From contig OZ244719.1 in assembly GCA_965219095.1 (NCBI GenBank), positions 642,142-706,141 on the forward strand: a stretch of DNA of 64,000 nt. The letters are read 5' to 3'. The translations under genes and the position numbers were made by a program. Source of the DNA: Bdellovibrionales bacterium (GTDB lineage: Bacteria > Bdellovibrionota > Bdellovibrionia > Bdellovibrionales > UBA1609). This document shows positions 31,885 to 42,003 of the stretch, piece by piece (positions within the stretch are counted from its first letter, which is position 1; each line of letters begins with the position of its first letter). Below the pieces are notes generated by a model. That model made no database searches. It was not told the origin of the DNA and saw nothing but the letters and a program-made list of their open reading frames with translations.

Positions 31885-34296
31885 TCAGATAGGCTCCCAA
31901 CTTTCTCTTGTAGAAGGCTTACGAATAGAAAGCTCAAGAGTTTGAGTAAGCCAATTCATTTTAAAAGAAGAACGACCATAAAGTAAACTATAAATACCAT
32001 AATTACGAATGACTTTCTTCACATACCTTCTTGTTTCAAGAAAAGGTATATGCTCTATGAAGCTATCCACAGATAAGTCTCCAAAACGATAAATCCAATT
32101 TTCTAAATTATGAGGCCCTGCGTTGTAGGATGCTACGATAAGAGGGATTTTTCTTTTAAATTTCTTCCTGAGCCTATACAAATAATGGGAGCCTAAGTGA
32201 ATATTAAAACGGGGGGAAAAAAGTTTTTCTTTAGAGAAGCTTACATGGGATAGACTTGCAATTTTTTGTCCTGTATAAGGCATAAGTTGCATTAAGCCTC
32301 TTGCTCCCACAGGAGAAACAGCATCAAAACGATAAAAAGTCTCAGCTCTCATGATACTCCATACAAGCTCTTTAGGAATAAAAAAGTATTGAGTGTATTT
32401 AACAACATACTTCTTATAAGCCTCAGGATAAGCGTGAGACCAGAGGAGGTGGCTTCCTTCGATCCCGTACTGACTACGTGTTTTTGAAAAATAAATAGCA
32501 GCAATATAAGCTGAGCGATGATAAGCTCCTAGGGCGTGGTAATTTCCCATTAAAATTCTTAATAAAGAAAGATCAGAAGTGTTGACTTCTACTTCGTAAA
32601 AATCTTTAATTGCTAATGACTTAAACCCTAAAGTTTTTAAATTACTGGCTCTATTGAAAAAAACTTTATTTCTCTTTTTTATTTTTTTCTTCGATGGAGA
32701 TGAAAAGAAAAAAAACCCATTTTTTAACTTATCTAAATCGTCCTCTTCAGAGTTTCTGGAAGGTTTGGTCTCTAGCTCTGAAAGACTTTTTTCATAATCA
32801 CCACCCTCTCCTTCATTGTCTAAAGAAGAAAGAGAACGTGCTATAATCTTCACCTTATCCTGATAATCAAGGAAATCAGAAACAGAAGCTCCTCTCATAA
32901 AAGACATTTTCACAGAGCTTTTTTTAGCAATTTCTCTTAATCGGTAATAAGAAAGAAAAGAGTAGTAAGTTAGAAGAGAGTTTTGACTTAATTTCATGAA
33001 AATCTTTTGTGCTTTGTCATACTGTTTTAAATGATTCATAGCCATAGCTTTCCAGTAACTAACTTTTTCTATAGATGATTCATAAGCTAAAGGGGTTTTT
33101 TTGAAGATCTTAAGGAGTTTTTCAAAGTACATTAAAGAGCTTTCAAAGTTGTGATTTAGGTATTGAGTCCAGCCAAGATACCACAGAACTTTCTTACGTA
33201 AGGATTCTTTAGAGGAATGTTTTTCATAAAAAGACAGAAACTGTTTGTATGATTCCTCGTACATTTTAAACTGATAAGCTACAAAAGCTCTATCAAAAAG
33301 GGCCTCTTTCTTTTCTTTCAAAGACTTAGCTACTTGAGAGGCTCTATAAAAGGATTTGAGTGCAAGGGGAGAATCTCCTGATTTAACAGCCACTTTTCCT
33401 ACAAAAATAAGATAATCCCAGTTGCTCCATTTCTCTTTTTCGTATTTTTTTAGAATCTTAGAGGATTGATCAAGATGCCCTTCATAAGTTAAATGATAGG
33501 CTTGCAAAAAATCTAACTCATAGTCTGTGAAACGAGTAGGTTTTTTTCTTAAAAGTTCAATTTCTTTCCAAGAGGTTTCAAAAAGACCTGCCCACTGCAA
33601 TCTTCTAATCCGTTTCATTTGATCTTTTAAAGTTGTTACACATTTAGCTTTAAAGCCCTTTAAAGTTAAGTAACCATCTTTGAAGTCAATATTTTCAAAA
33701 TCAATGTATTTAGTATAAAGCTTTTGAATCCAATGGCATGTGCTGTAATGTTTTTTTCTATGATATTGAGTAATAGCTAAGCTTTCAACTACATCAGGAT
33801 AAAGAGAGCTTTTTCTCCAACGTTTTTCAAGTTTTTTTAATCTTCTATAGGCACTTAGGTACTTATTTTCACTCATATCTATTTTAGCTAAGTACAAATT
33901 GATTTGTCTTTTTAAAAACCTATTGGGATTTTCTGCTAAAGACTTAAGAAAAAACCTCTTGGCTTTTTTTATTTTTTTTTCTTGAAAATTAATTTGCCCC
34001 AAATAAAAGTAAGTATAAACCGATAAGGCTTGCTCATAAAAAAAATACTGTCTAAAATGCCAAGAAGCTTTTTCTTTTTCCTTTCTTTCTAAAAAAATCT
34101 TTCCTAAAGCAAAGTGTTTGTTCCCTAAAAGAGAGTCTTCTGTTTTTATTTTCTTAAGCTGTTTGATGGCTTTATTGTAGTTTTTACTCTCAATACTTTT
34201 TTGGATGTCTTTCCAGTCAACTTGAAAAAAAGCCCAAGAGCCTTTGGAAAAAAACAAAATGAGGACAGGCAAAAAAGCCTTCCTTAGCTTTAGCAT
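31885..34296 (-). CDS. slt: Soluble lytic transglycosylase with TPR-like N-terminal region
   Basis: Signal peptide; SIMRAET, AVSPVGARGLMQLMP, ASYNAGP, IPFLETRRYVKKV. Confidence 0.9.
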   Translation of the reverse strand: MLKLRKAFLPVLILFFSKGSWAFFQVDWKDIQKSIESKNYNKAIKQLKKIKTEDSLLGNKHFALGKIFLERKEKEKASWHFRQYFFYEQALSVYTYFYLGQINFQEKKIKKAKRFFLKSLAENPNRFLKRQINLYLAKIDMSENKYLSAYRRLKKLEKRWRKSSLYPDVVESLAITQYHRKKHYSTCHWIQKLYTKYIDFENIDFKDGYLTLKGFKAKCVTTLKDQMKRIRRLQWAGLFETSWKEIELLRKKPTRFTDYELDFLQAYHLTYEGHLDQSSKILKKYEKEKWSNWDYLIFVGKVAVKSGDSPLALKSFYRASQVAKSLKEKKEALFDRAFVAYQFKMYEESYKQFLSFYEKHSSKESLRKKVLWYLGWTQYLNHNFESSLMYFEKLLKIFKKTPLAYESSIEKVSYWKAMAMNHLKQYDKAQKIFMKLSQNSLLTYYSFLSYYRLREIAKKSSVKMSFMRGASVSDFLDYQDKVKIIARSLSSLDNEGEGGDYEKSLSELETKPSRNSEEDDLDKLKNGFFFFSSPSKKKIKKRNKVFFNRASNLKTLGFKSLAIKDFYEVEVNTSDLSLLRILMGNYHALGAYHRSAYIAAIYFSKTRSQYGIEGSHLLWSHAYPEAYKKYVVKYTQYFFIPKELVWSIMRAETFYRFDAVSPVGARGLMQLMPYTGQKIASLSHVSFSKEKLFSPRFNIHLGSHYLYRLRKKFKRKIPLIVASYNAGPHNLENWIYRFGDLSVDSFIEHIPFLETRRYVKKVIRNYGIYSLLYGRSSFKMNWLTQTLELSIRKPSTRESWEPI

Positions 34297-34440
34297 AAAA
34301 ACGTCTTCTCCTTATGATCTTAAATTCTAAGATATTTCCATTTTATCAAAAAACCCTCATCAAGACCTGATAAGACAAAATTTTCTAGTCTTTTGGTAAG
34401 ACGAGGATGTCCGTAATCCCGTTAGACCTTTAAAAAAGGG

Positions 34441-34488
34441 GCCTCCTCAAAAGAATCTGTGGGTTCCCGGAGGTTCTTTTGAGGAGGC
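34441..34488 (-). repeat. 48-bp ISL3-end hairpin micro-element
   Basis: GCCTCCTCAAAAGAA-18nt-TTCTTTTGAGGAGGC. Confidence 0.9.
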
Positions 34489-34594
34489 TTTTTTTTAAAA
34501 TGTATAAAGGAAGAATCATTAAAAATGGAAAGGAAATACAGGAAGCTTTCTCTTAGGTGATTAGAATATTCGTGACCGTATGCAAAAAAAATTT

Positions 34595-36114
34595 GGCTCC
34601 TCCCGGGAATCTGTGGGTGAAAAGTAGCTAGAAATCCCCCAAAAAGGCTCATATTAATCAAAGTAAGAGTAAGAATCCTATCTTGTATTTTTGAGTTCTT
34701 TGAGGCCCTTACTGGCCTCTATCACCTCCGGTGATTGAACTCAAAAACATTCATTTTATTTGCTTTTATTTGCTGTGTTACATTAAAATTTTAAAAAAGA
34801 AGCACCTACTTCCCAGATGCCTTAAAATGTTATTCAAAAAAAAAAAAAAGGAGGGAAGAGATGCTTTTGAAGACTATACTAAATGATTGTTTAAGATGGA
34901 AGTCTTTTGTATACGGAGACATTTATTTTTCAAAAGATAGAAAGTCAATTAATGTTCCTATTAAGGCTCGTAAAAATGGCCAAGCTTTTTGTAGTGTTTG
35001 TAAGAAGCCCTGTTCAGTGTATGACAGCAGTAAATCATCACGGGACTTTGAATCCCTTCCTATTTTAAGTTACAGGGTGTTTTTTGTTTATTTTGTAAGA
35101 AGAGTTAATTGTCCTTGCTGTGGGGTAAAAGTTGAGTATTTACCTTGGGCCGATGGTAAGAAGAGTTTAACGATCTTTTACATGAAGTATTTAGCAGACT
35201 GGTGTCGTCACCTGTCTTGGAAAGAGGTTTCTTGTAAGTTTCATGTCAGTTGGAATCAGGTCTATGCTTCGGTAGAATGGGTCGTAGAATATGGTTTAAA
35301 ACAAAGGGTTTTAAAGGGAATACAAGCTATAGGTGTAGATGAAATACAATGGAAAAAGAACCATCAGTATCTCACCTTAGTCTATGAAATAAGCAAAACC
35401 CGTGTACGCTTGTTGTGGATAGGAGAAAAAAGAACAGAAAAGAGTTTTAGAAAATTCTTTGATTTACTAGGAGAGAAGTCAAAAGATATACGGTTTGTGT
35501 GTTCTGATATGTGGAAGCCTTATTTAAAAGTCATAAAGGAGAGGGCAAGTGGAGCTTTACACATATTAGATCGGTTTCATATCGTAGCAAGACTCAATAA
35601 GGCTTTAGACGAAGTGAGAGCTTCAGAACACAAAAAAATGAAAGAAGACGGGTATGAACCCCTTTTAACAAAAGCTAGATGGCCCTTGTTAAAAAATGCA
35701 GAAAATTTAAAATCTTATGAAAAAGTAAAATTAAGGCATTTAATACAGTACAATTTAAAAAGTATCCGCTGTTATTTTTTAAAAGAAGACTTCCGACAGT
35801 TATGGACCTATGTTTCACCAACTTGGGCTGGTAAATTTATAGACAGTTGGACGAGACGAGTCATGCTTTCAAAAATTGAACCTATGAAAAGAAAAGCAAA
35901 AACCATACAAAGACATAAGCTACTTATTCTTAATTACTTCAAGGCTAAAAAAGCCTTCTCCTCAGGGATTGTAGAGGGTTTAAACAACAAAGTAAAACTC
36001 ACTATGAGAAAATCTTACGGCTTTAGAACCTCTAAAGCTATAAAAATCGCCTTATATCATAACCTTGGAAAACTGCCAGAACCTCCGGGAACCCACAGAT
36101 TCTTTTGAGGAGGC
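34595..36114 (+). mobile_element. ISL3-family element, intact (transposase 34861-36108)
   Basis: IRs GGCTCCTC..GAATCTGTGGGT and ACCCACAGATTC..GAGGAGGC; 8-bp TSD AAAAATTT; zinc finger, GVDE, SDMWKPY, DRFHI, EGLNNKVK. Confidence 0.96.
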
Positions 36115-36244
36115 AAAAATTTTTATATTTTTTGTAAATGGAGAAGTGTTTTTTCTTGACATACTTTTTCATAGACGCATTAAGATGACACGAAAGAGCT
36201 TTGCCCCTTAATCTTTTTTCAACGACTTTGCCATGTATGTCGTA

Positions 36245-36387
36245 ATACCATTTCCAAAAATTAATTCGACATTCTTTTAACGCATTGCGTCCTGGCTTTT
36301 TGATAAAACTCTGTTAAATTTTTAGAGTCATGTCGAAAAAAGATTTAGTTACACAGATTCAAGGGTATGATTTTCTGTAATTGGTAT
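36245..36387. mobile_element. MITE-like unit bounded by ATACCA(A/T)TT...AATTGGTAT ends
   Basis: Inverted copies of the recurrent terminus; left 80 bp match the reverse complement of 45237-45316. Confidence 0.6.
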
Positions 36388-36929
36388 AACTCGGTTATCT
36401 GACCGCCCTATCCAAGTTTAAATTTCTCTTATAAGTTTTTCTTAAGAAGGAGGATTTCATGGCGAGTGGAATTATAAAATACTACCCCACTAAAGTGTCT
36501 AAGTTATTTTTTTAACAGTTCCTAACTGTCTTTTTCTTACTTGCAGGATTTTGTATCCGAAATAAAACAATATCTTTAAAAAGCTCGTTACATTCTTTTT
36601 GCCTTCGATCTGTTTTTACAGAGTAGTGGAAAACGTTGAAGTCGGACTCATTCTTAAGAAGAAGTTCTCTACTTTCCTTTTTGAAGAGGTAAAAATTACA
36701 TCACTATAAAAAGTTTACATAGTTTTATTTGAGGTGTTTGTTTATATCGGCTAGCCTTTAGCCCTGAAAAAAGTCGAAACTCGTGTTAATAATACCCTGA
36801 GTTTAGATCAGGGGAACCTCTTCTTCAAAACCTAACGATTTTACGGACAATCTCTCTTTTTGATAGACGCTATTTGTAAAACTTTCTTTTTATTTCACAA
36901 AAACAATCTCATAAGGCTAAAGTAGGAAA

Positions 36930-38279
36930 ATGGAGAAAAGCTTACAGAAAACTATCTTTAGGTGTCAAAACTGCGGAACTCAGTATTTAAAATGGCAGGG
37001 TCGTTGTCAAGAGTGCGATGAGTGGAACCAACTGGTAGAAGAGGTTCAAAGCCAAAATAAAACTGTTAAAAACTTAAAAAAACCTAGAGTTTTTAATGAA
37101 TTTTCAAAAAATATCAAACGATACTCTACAGGTATAAAAGAACTAGATCGTGTTTTAGGAAGAGGTCTTATGCCTCAAAGTTATGTCCTTTTAGGAGGAG
37201 AACCTGGTATTGGAAAAAGCACTCTTCTCTTACAAATGGCTTGTTATCTTAATTTACCTACACTTTATATTTCAGGAGAAGAAAGTGAAGAACAGATTAG
37301 TTCACGAGCTCAAAGGATAGGTCTTAAAGGCGATAACGTGGAAGTTCTTTCCGAAAATCAAATAGAAGCCATCTCAGAAATAACACGAAAAAAAAGACCT
37401 AAGCTACTTATCGTTGATTCCATTCAAACAGTTTATCTATCTCTTTTAAGCTCAGCTCCTGGTTCTGTTTCTCAAGTCAGAGAATGTTCTAACCAATTGA
37501 TGAACTTAGCTAAACAAGAAGGTTTTACAGTTTTTGTGATCGGTCATATCACAAAGGAAGGACACCTTGCTGGACCTAAAGTCCTAGAACACATGGTGGA
37601 TACTGTTTTATTGTTTGAAGGAGATTCCTATTATCGCACTTTAAGAGCTTTAAAAAACCGTTTTGGTCCTACACATGAATTAGGTGTTTTTCAAATGAAC
37701 TCTTCAGGTCTTAAAGAAGTAAAAAACCCATCTGAATTTTTCTTAGCAGAAAGAAACCAAGAAGAAGCTAACATAGGTTCAAGTATTTTTGCTTCCTTAG
37801 AAGGAACAAGGCCTATTTTATGTGAAGTCCAAGCTCTGACAGTCACCTCTCCCTCTCAATTTCCAAGAAGAACCTCTTTAGGCTACGATTTACAAAGAAT
37901 TCATCTCTTAGCGGCTGTTTTAGAAAAATACCTCTCCCTGCCCTTATCTCAAAAGGAAATCTTTATTAATGTTGTAGGAGGGCTTAAAATTTCAGAACCT
38001 AGTGCTGATCTAGCTATCCTTTCAGCTCTTATTTCTTCAGAAAAATCTCTTAAAATTAAAACCTGTGCTTGCTTTTTAGGAGAAATAGGACTGACCGGAG
38101 AAGTTAGACAAGTTCATATGTTGGAAAAAAGACTCAATGAAGCCAAAAAACTAGGATTTACAGACTTTATTTTACCTTCTTCGCAAATCAGCCGAGTCTC
38201 AAAGAATGATGCATTTCAATACCACTTTATAAAAAACCTACAAGAACTCCCTACAACCTTAACCCTTCTAGAACCATAA
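36930..38279 (+). CDS. radA: DNA repair protein RadA/Sms
   Basis: C4 zinc finger, GEPGIGKSTL, KNRFG, Lon-like C-terminal domain. Confidence 0.98.
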   Translation: MEKSLQKTIFRCQNCGTQYLKWQGRCQECDEWNQLVEEVQSQNKTVKNLKKPRVFNEFSKNIKRYSTGIKELDRVLGRGLMPQSYVLLGGEPGIGKSTLLLQMACYLNLPTLYISGEESEEQISSRAQRIGLKGDNVEVLSENQIEAISEITRKKRPKLLIVDSIQTVYLSLLSSAPGSVSQVRECSNQLMNLAKQEGFTVFVIGHITKEGHLAGPKVLEHMVDTVLLFEGDSYYRTLRALKNRFGPTHELGVFQMNSSGLKEVKNPSEFFLAERNQEEANIGSSIFASLEGTRPILCEVQALTVTSPSQFPRRTSLGYDLQRIHLLAAVLEKYLSLPLSQKEIFINVVGGLKISEPSADLAILSALISSEKSLKIKTCACFLGEIGLTGEVRQVHMLEKRLNEAKKLGFTDFILPSSQISRVSKNDAFQYHFIKNLQELPTTLTLLEP

Positions 38280-38455
38280 ACATAAAATTTTGATTCAAAA
38301 TTATTATTAATGCTTAACACTATATGTTAGGTAATTGTAAGTTACGCATGGCTCCAACCTTCTGAAGTTAGAATAGATTTAGCAAAAAACATTAGAAATT
38401 AAAACAAAACCTATATAAAATGTAAAAAATCAAGCAATATTATAAGGGGGTATTG

Positions 38456-39163
38456 ATGAAACTCATTCATGGCAATTGCTATAAAAAATTAAAAAGAATA
38501 GAAGATGAAAGTGTTGATCTCATACTCACAGATCCACCCTACAACCTTGCTAATTATTCCACAGGGAATATCAAAGCTGATTGGAGAAAAGTCCTCAATA
38601 ACGACATAGCTGTCTGGGATCAAAGTGTTCTTGATATTGCTGTTCTAAAAAAAGAGTTTTTGAGAATTATAAAACCCACAGGAAATATTTTTATATTTAC
38701 AGCTTATAATTTATTAGGAGATTGGCATAAGGCTCTTGATCCAGCATTTGATACATTTCAGGTTATGGTATGGCATAAAACGAATCCGCCACCAAAATTA
38801 AGAAGAGCTGGTTTTTTAAACTCATGTGAATTGATTTGCTGTGTATGGAATAAAGGTCATACTTGGAACTTTACTACACAAAAAGAAATGCATAATTTTT
38901 TAGAAACTCCAATTTGTATGGGAAAAGAAAGATTAAAACACCCTACGCAAAAGCCAGTAAAAGTATTAAAACATATATTAAAAATAGCTTCTAATGAAGG
39001 TAGTATGGTTCTCGATCCTTTTATGGGAGTAGGTTCTACAGGAGCCGCCTGCAAAGAAATGAATCGAAACTTTATAGGAATTGAACTAGAAAAAAATTAT
39101 GTAAATTTAGCAAGAAAAAGAATGGAAGAAACTGTATCTCAACTAGAAATTAATTTAAACTAA
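38456..39163 (+). CDS. Orphan N6-adenine/N4-cytosine DNA methyltransferase (beta class)
   Basis: TDPPY before HPTQKP and DPFMGVGST. Confidence 0.92.
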   Translation: MKLIHGNCYKKLKRIEDESVDLILTDPPYNLANYSTGNIKADWRKVLNNDIAVWDQSVLDIAVLKKEFLRIIKPTGNIFIFTAYNLLGDWHKALDPAFDTFQVMVWHKTNPPPKLRRAGFLNSCELICCVWNKGHTWNFTTQKEMHNFLETPICMGKERLKHPTQKPVKVLKHILKIASNEGSMVLDPFMGVGSTGAACKEMNRNFIGIELEKNYVNLARKRMEETVSQLEINLN

Positions 39164-39338
39164 TAATTTATTGATATCTGTACATAAAATGAAGAACTTC
39201 AATTTAAAATGAAAAAATCAGTTACACAATTTAATTTACAGTACCCAGGAAAAGGCTTTAGAGTTTATTTACTCATTTAGTAGCTGTCTAAGAAAACGAA
39301 TTAGCTAACATTGAATTTTTGATTTGCATAAAATATAT

Positions 39339-39386
39339 GGCTCCTCAAAAGAACCTCCGGGAACCCACAGATTCTTTTGAGGAGGC
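39339..39386 (+). mobile_element. 48-bp ISL3-end micro-element with perfect 8-bp TSD
   Basis: AAATATAT[GGCTCCTCAAAAGAACCTCCGGGAACCCACAGATTCTTTTGAGGAGGC]AAATATAT. Confidence 0.9.
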
Positions 39387-39788
39387 AAATATATTTATCT
39401 TTAGATAACTGGATGCCGTTTTTTTCAACAACTAAGGGTTTGTTATTCTTTATTTTTTTACCACTATCTCAAGAACGACACTTTTACTGCTAGGTATTCG
39501 ATTAGATTCTTTACTTTCATATCTTTTAACAAAAAAAGCTTGAGAAATATCAAGTTTTAAAGGCTTTGCAAAGCTAATCACAGCTTTATTTTTCTTAACT
39601 TTAATGAAAGTAAGAAATAATCTTTCCTTCTCCTCTTTGTTATTATTCAAAAGTTTGTTTGTTAGGTTATCATTTACAATTTTATTAGATTCAGGACTCT
39701 TACTCATAGCAACTCTTCTTCTCAATTCTATGTTAGTCGAACGTGAAAAATGCACAAACAGCTAAAAACACTTATTTTTTTGTAATTT

Positions 39789-40572
39789 TTGCATAAAAAT
39801 AATTGCAAGGAAATGGAAAAACAGATAAAAAACCTTGCAAAACAGAAAGGAAAAAAGATGACGCCAAAAGATATGTTCAGCACACAAAAGAGAAGCCCTC
39901 TTAATTTTAGAGTAAACGACATTGCTCATAAGAAGCATCCGCTTGTCATTTTAGCTAATAAAATAGACTGGGGTCGTTTTGATAAAGTTTTTGGTTCGAA
40001 GTATGATGAAAAAAAAGGTCGTTCAGGACTTTCAACTCGTTTAATGGTGGGACTTCAATACTTGAAATACACTTATAATTTAAGTAACGAGAAGACAATA
40101 GAAATGTTCAAAGAGAATCCTCAATGGCAGTATTTTTGTGGTCAGCCTTTTTATTCTTATGAAGATCCCTGTAATAGAAGTTCATTGACTAACTGGAGAA
40201 AGAGGATGGGGGCTGAGAAGATAGAAGTTCTCTTAGAGGAAACCATTGATTTAGCTTTGAGAGAGGGTTTTGTAAAAAAAAAAAGAGTTTGAGAATGTAG
40301 TTGTTGATACAACTGTTCAAGAGAAAGCAATAGCTTTTCCTACAGACAGCCGTCTTTATTACAAAGCTTTGAAGACTTTAGTTCACAGGGCTAAAAAAGA
40401 GGGTTTAGTTTTACGTCAGAGCTATAAAAGAAAGTCCAAGGAGTGTTTATTTAAGAATGCTCGTTATGCTCATACAAGAAAAATACGTTTAGCACGAAGA
40501 CAGCAAAGAAAGCTTCATACTTATCTAGGTCGTGTGATAAGAGATGTTACAAGAAAAGGAGGTCCTAAGTTC
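39789..40572 (+). pseudogene. IS5-family transposase, frameshifted at an A10 tract and 3'-truncated
   Basis: HPLVILANKIDW, RLMVGLQYLK, NPQWQYFCG, VDTTVQEKAIAFPTD. Confidence 0.88.
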
Positions 40573-40581
40573 AATGTCGAA

Positions 40582-41376
40582 TTATTTTTTGGAATTGGTA
40601 TTACTAAAGTTTTTTTGTTTAAAGCCTTTGGGATTTATAATACTAGCACTGTTCCCTACAACTCGAATCACAAAAAGACCTTCTTTCTCAGCCTTTCTAG
40701 CTGAACTTTGATTGGATTTAAGATAAGCTACAGCACCGTAGATTTTTTTGTCTTTATATTCAGGAAACATTTTTTTAAAATCTGCTAGCTTTTTAAAAAA
40801 ATGAGTTAAGTCTCTTATACGTAAGGTGGTTTTGACTTCTGTCACAACCACTTCACTGCCATTAAATGCAATAATGTCGAATTCAAAAGGTTTCCCATTC
40901 CATGTCCCAAAAGACTCTGGAAGAATTCTCTGTACTTCAATGTTTCTTTCTTGAAGAAGTTTAACTAAATCACCTTTTGCCAGAGCCTCCATAAGCTTTC
41001 CCCATTGACCTGTGAAAAGTTCGTCTAACTTTGCTATACGTTTATCAGACTTTATAAACTGACGATCGGTCTCAAGTTTTGACTCTTTTAACAAACGCTC
41101 TGTTTCTTTGTGGGCTTTTGCAGTTTCTTTTTGAGATTCTTTGAATTGGCGGTCAGTCTCTTTTTGGGCTTTAGCGATTTCTTGTTGAGATTCTTTGAGT
41201 TGGCGGTCAGTCTCTTTTTGAACTTTAGAGGTTTCTTTGAGTTGGCGGTCAGTCTCTTTTTGAGCTTTGGCATTCTCTTTTTGAGACTTTGCCAGTTCTT
41301 GAGTTTCTTTAGCAACAGCTTGAATCGAAGCCCATACAGCTTTAGGAATTGAATGATTGGGTTTTTTTAAAGACAT
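40582..41376 (-). CDS. Coiled-coil repeat protein with C-terminal PD-(D/E)XK-like domain (DUF3782-like)
   Basis: (QKETDRQLKE)n repeats, QWGKLMEAL, EFDIIA.N...VVTEVKTTL, IYGAVAY, GLFVI. Confidence 0.75.
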   Translation of the reverse strand: MSLKKPNHSIPKAVWASIQAVAKETQELAKSQKENAKAQKETDRQLKETSKVQKETDRQLKESQQEIAKAQKETDRQFKESQKETAKAHKETERLLKESKLETDRQFIKSDKRIAKLDELFTGQWGKLMEALAKGDLVKLLQERNIEVQRILPESFGTWNGKPFEFDIIAFNGSEVVVTEVKTTLRIRDLTHFFKKLADFKKMFPEYKDKKIYGAVAYLKSNQSSARKAEKEGLFVIRVVGNSASIINPKGFKQKNFSNTNSKK

Positions 41377-41701
41377 GCAGTTATAATAATATAAAAAAAC
41401 TTTCTTTTCAAGTGATTTTAAGAGAATTTCTTTCAAATGGCCTCACTGCGACATCCTTCGCTAACCTACTGTAATATAACAGAGAAATAAGAAAGTACCA
41501 GATAAAAAAGTACCAGAAAGGATGTCGCTAGAGATAATACAACAATTAAATCCTGGCTTTAAAAAGTAAGTACAAAAGCTAAGCTCTTATAAAACTACAA
41601 GTAACTTATCACATACTTAGTTTTTTTTCGTAATTTTGATTTTCTTTGTGCTTTATTCTTTAAGAACGAAGCTCACTTGTATACTCAAAAGGCGTTTTAA
41701 T

Positions 41702-41889
41702 GAGCCTGTAAATTAAATTGTGTAACTGATTTTTTCATTTTAAATTTTACCCTCATTTTTTCACACTTATTTTAACCCATCAATCGATTCACACAACAAA
41801 CAGATATACATGAAATAAACATATCTTATGAAAACTCACCCCTCCCCTCAAAAGAATCTGTGAATTCCCACAGATTCTTTTGAGGAGGC
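41702..41889 (+). repeat. About 190-bp dispersed repeat, copy 2
   Basis: Matches 621-807; the hairpin loop differs. Confidence 0.9.
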
Positions 41890-42003
41890 AGATTTTTTAA
41901 TAGAAGGTCAATCCATAAACCAACTTAAAAATCCTTGATGAATGTTTTCATAAACCTTTGAAAAAGTAATGGGAGAGCCATGCCAATCATCAATCAGCAT
42001 ATT

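Noticed and set aside
38275..38335. attC-like end (GCTTAAC...GTTAGGT) before the methyltransferase
   Set aside because: Left half pairs poorly, no second site and no integrase in the window
39450..39755. 101-aa minus-strand ORF
   Set aside because: No recognisable motif and lies among IS debris; cannot be supported as a gene
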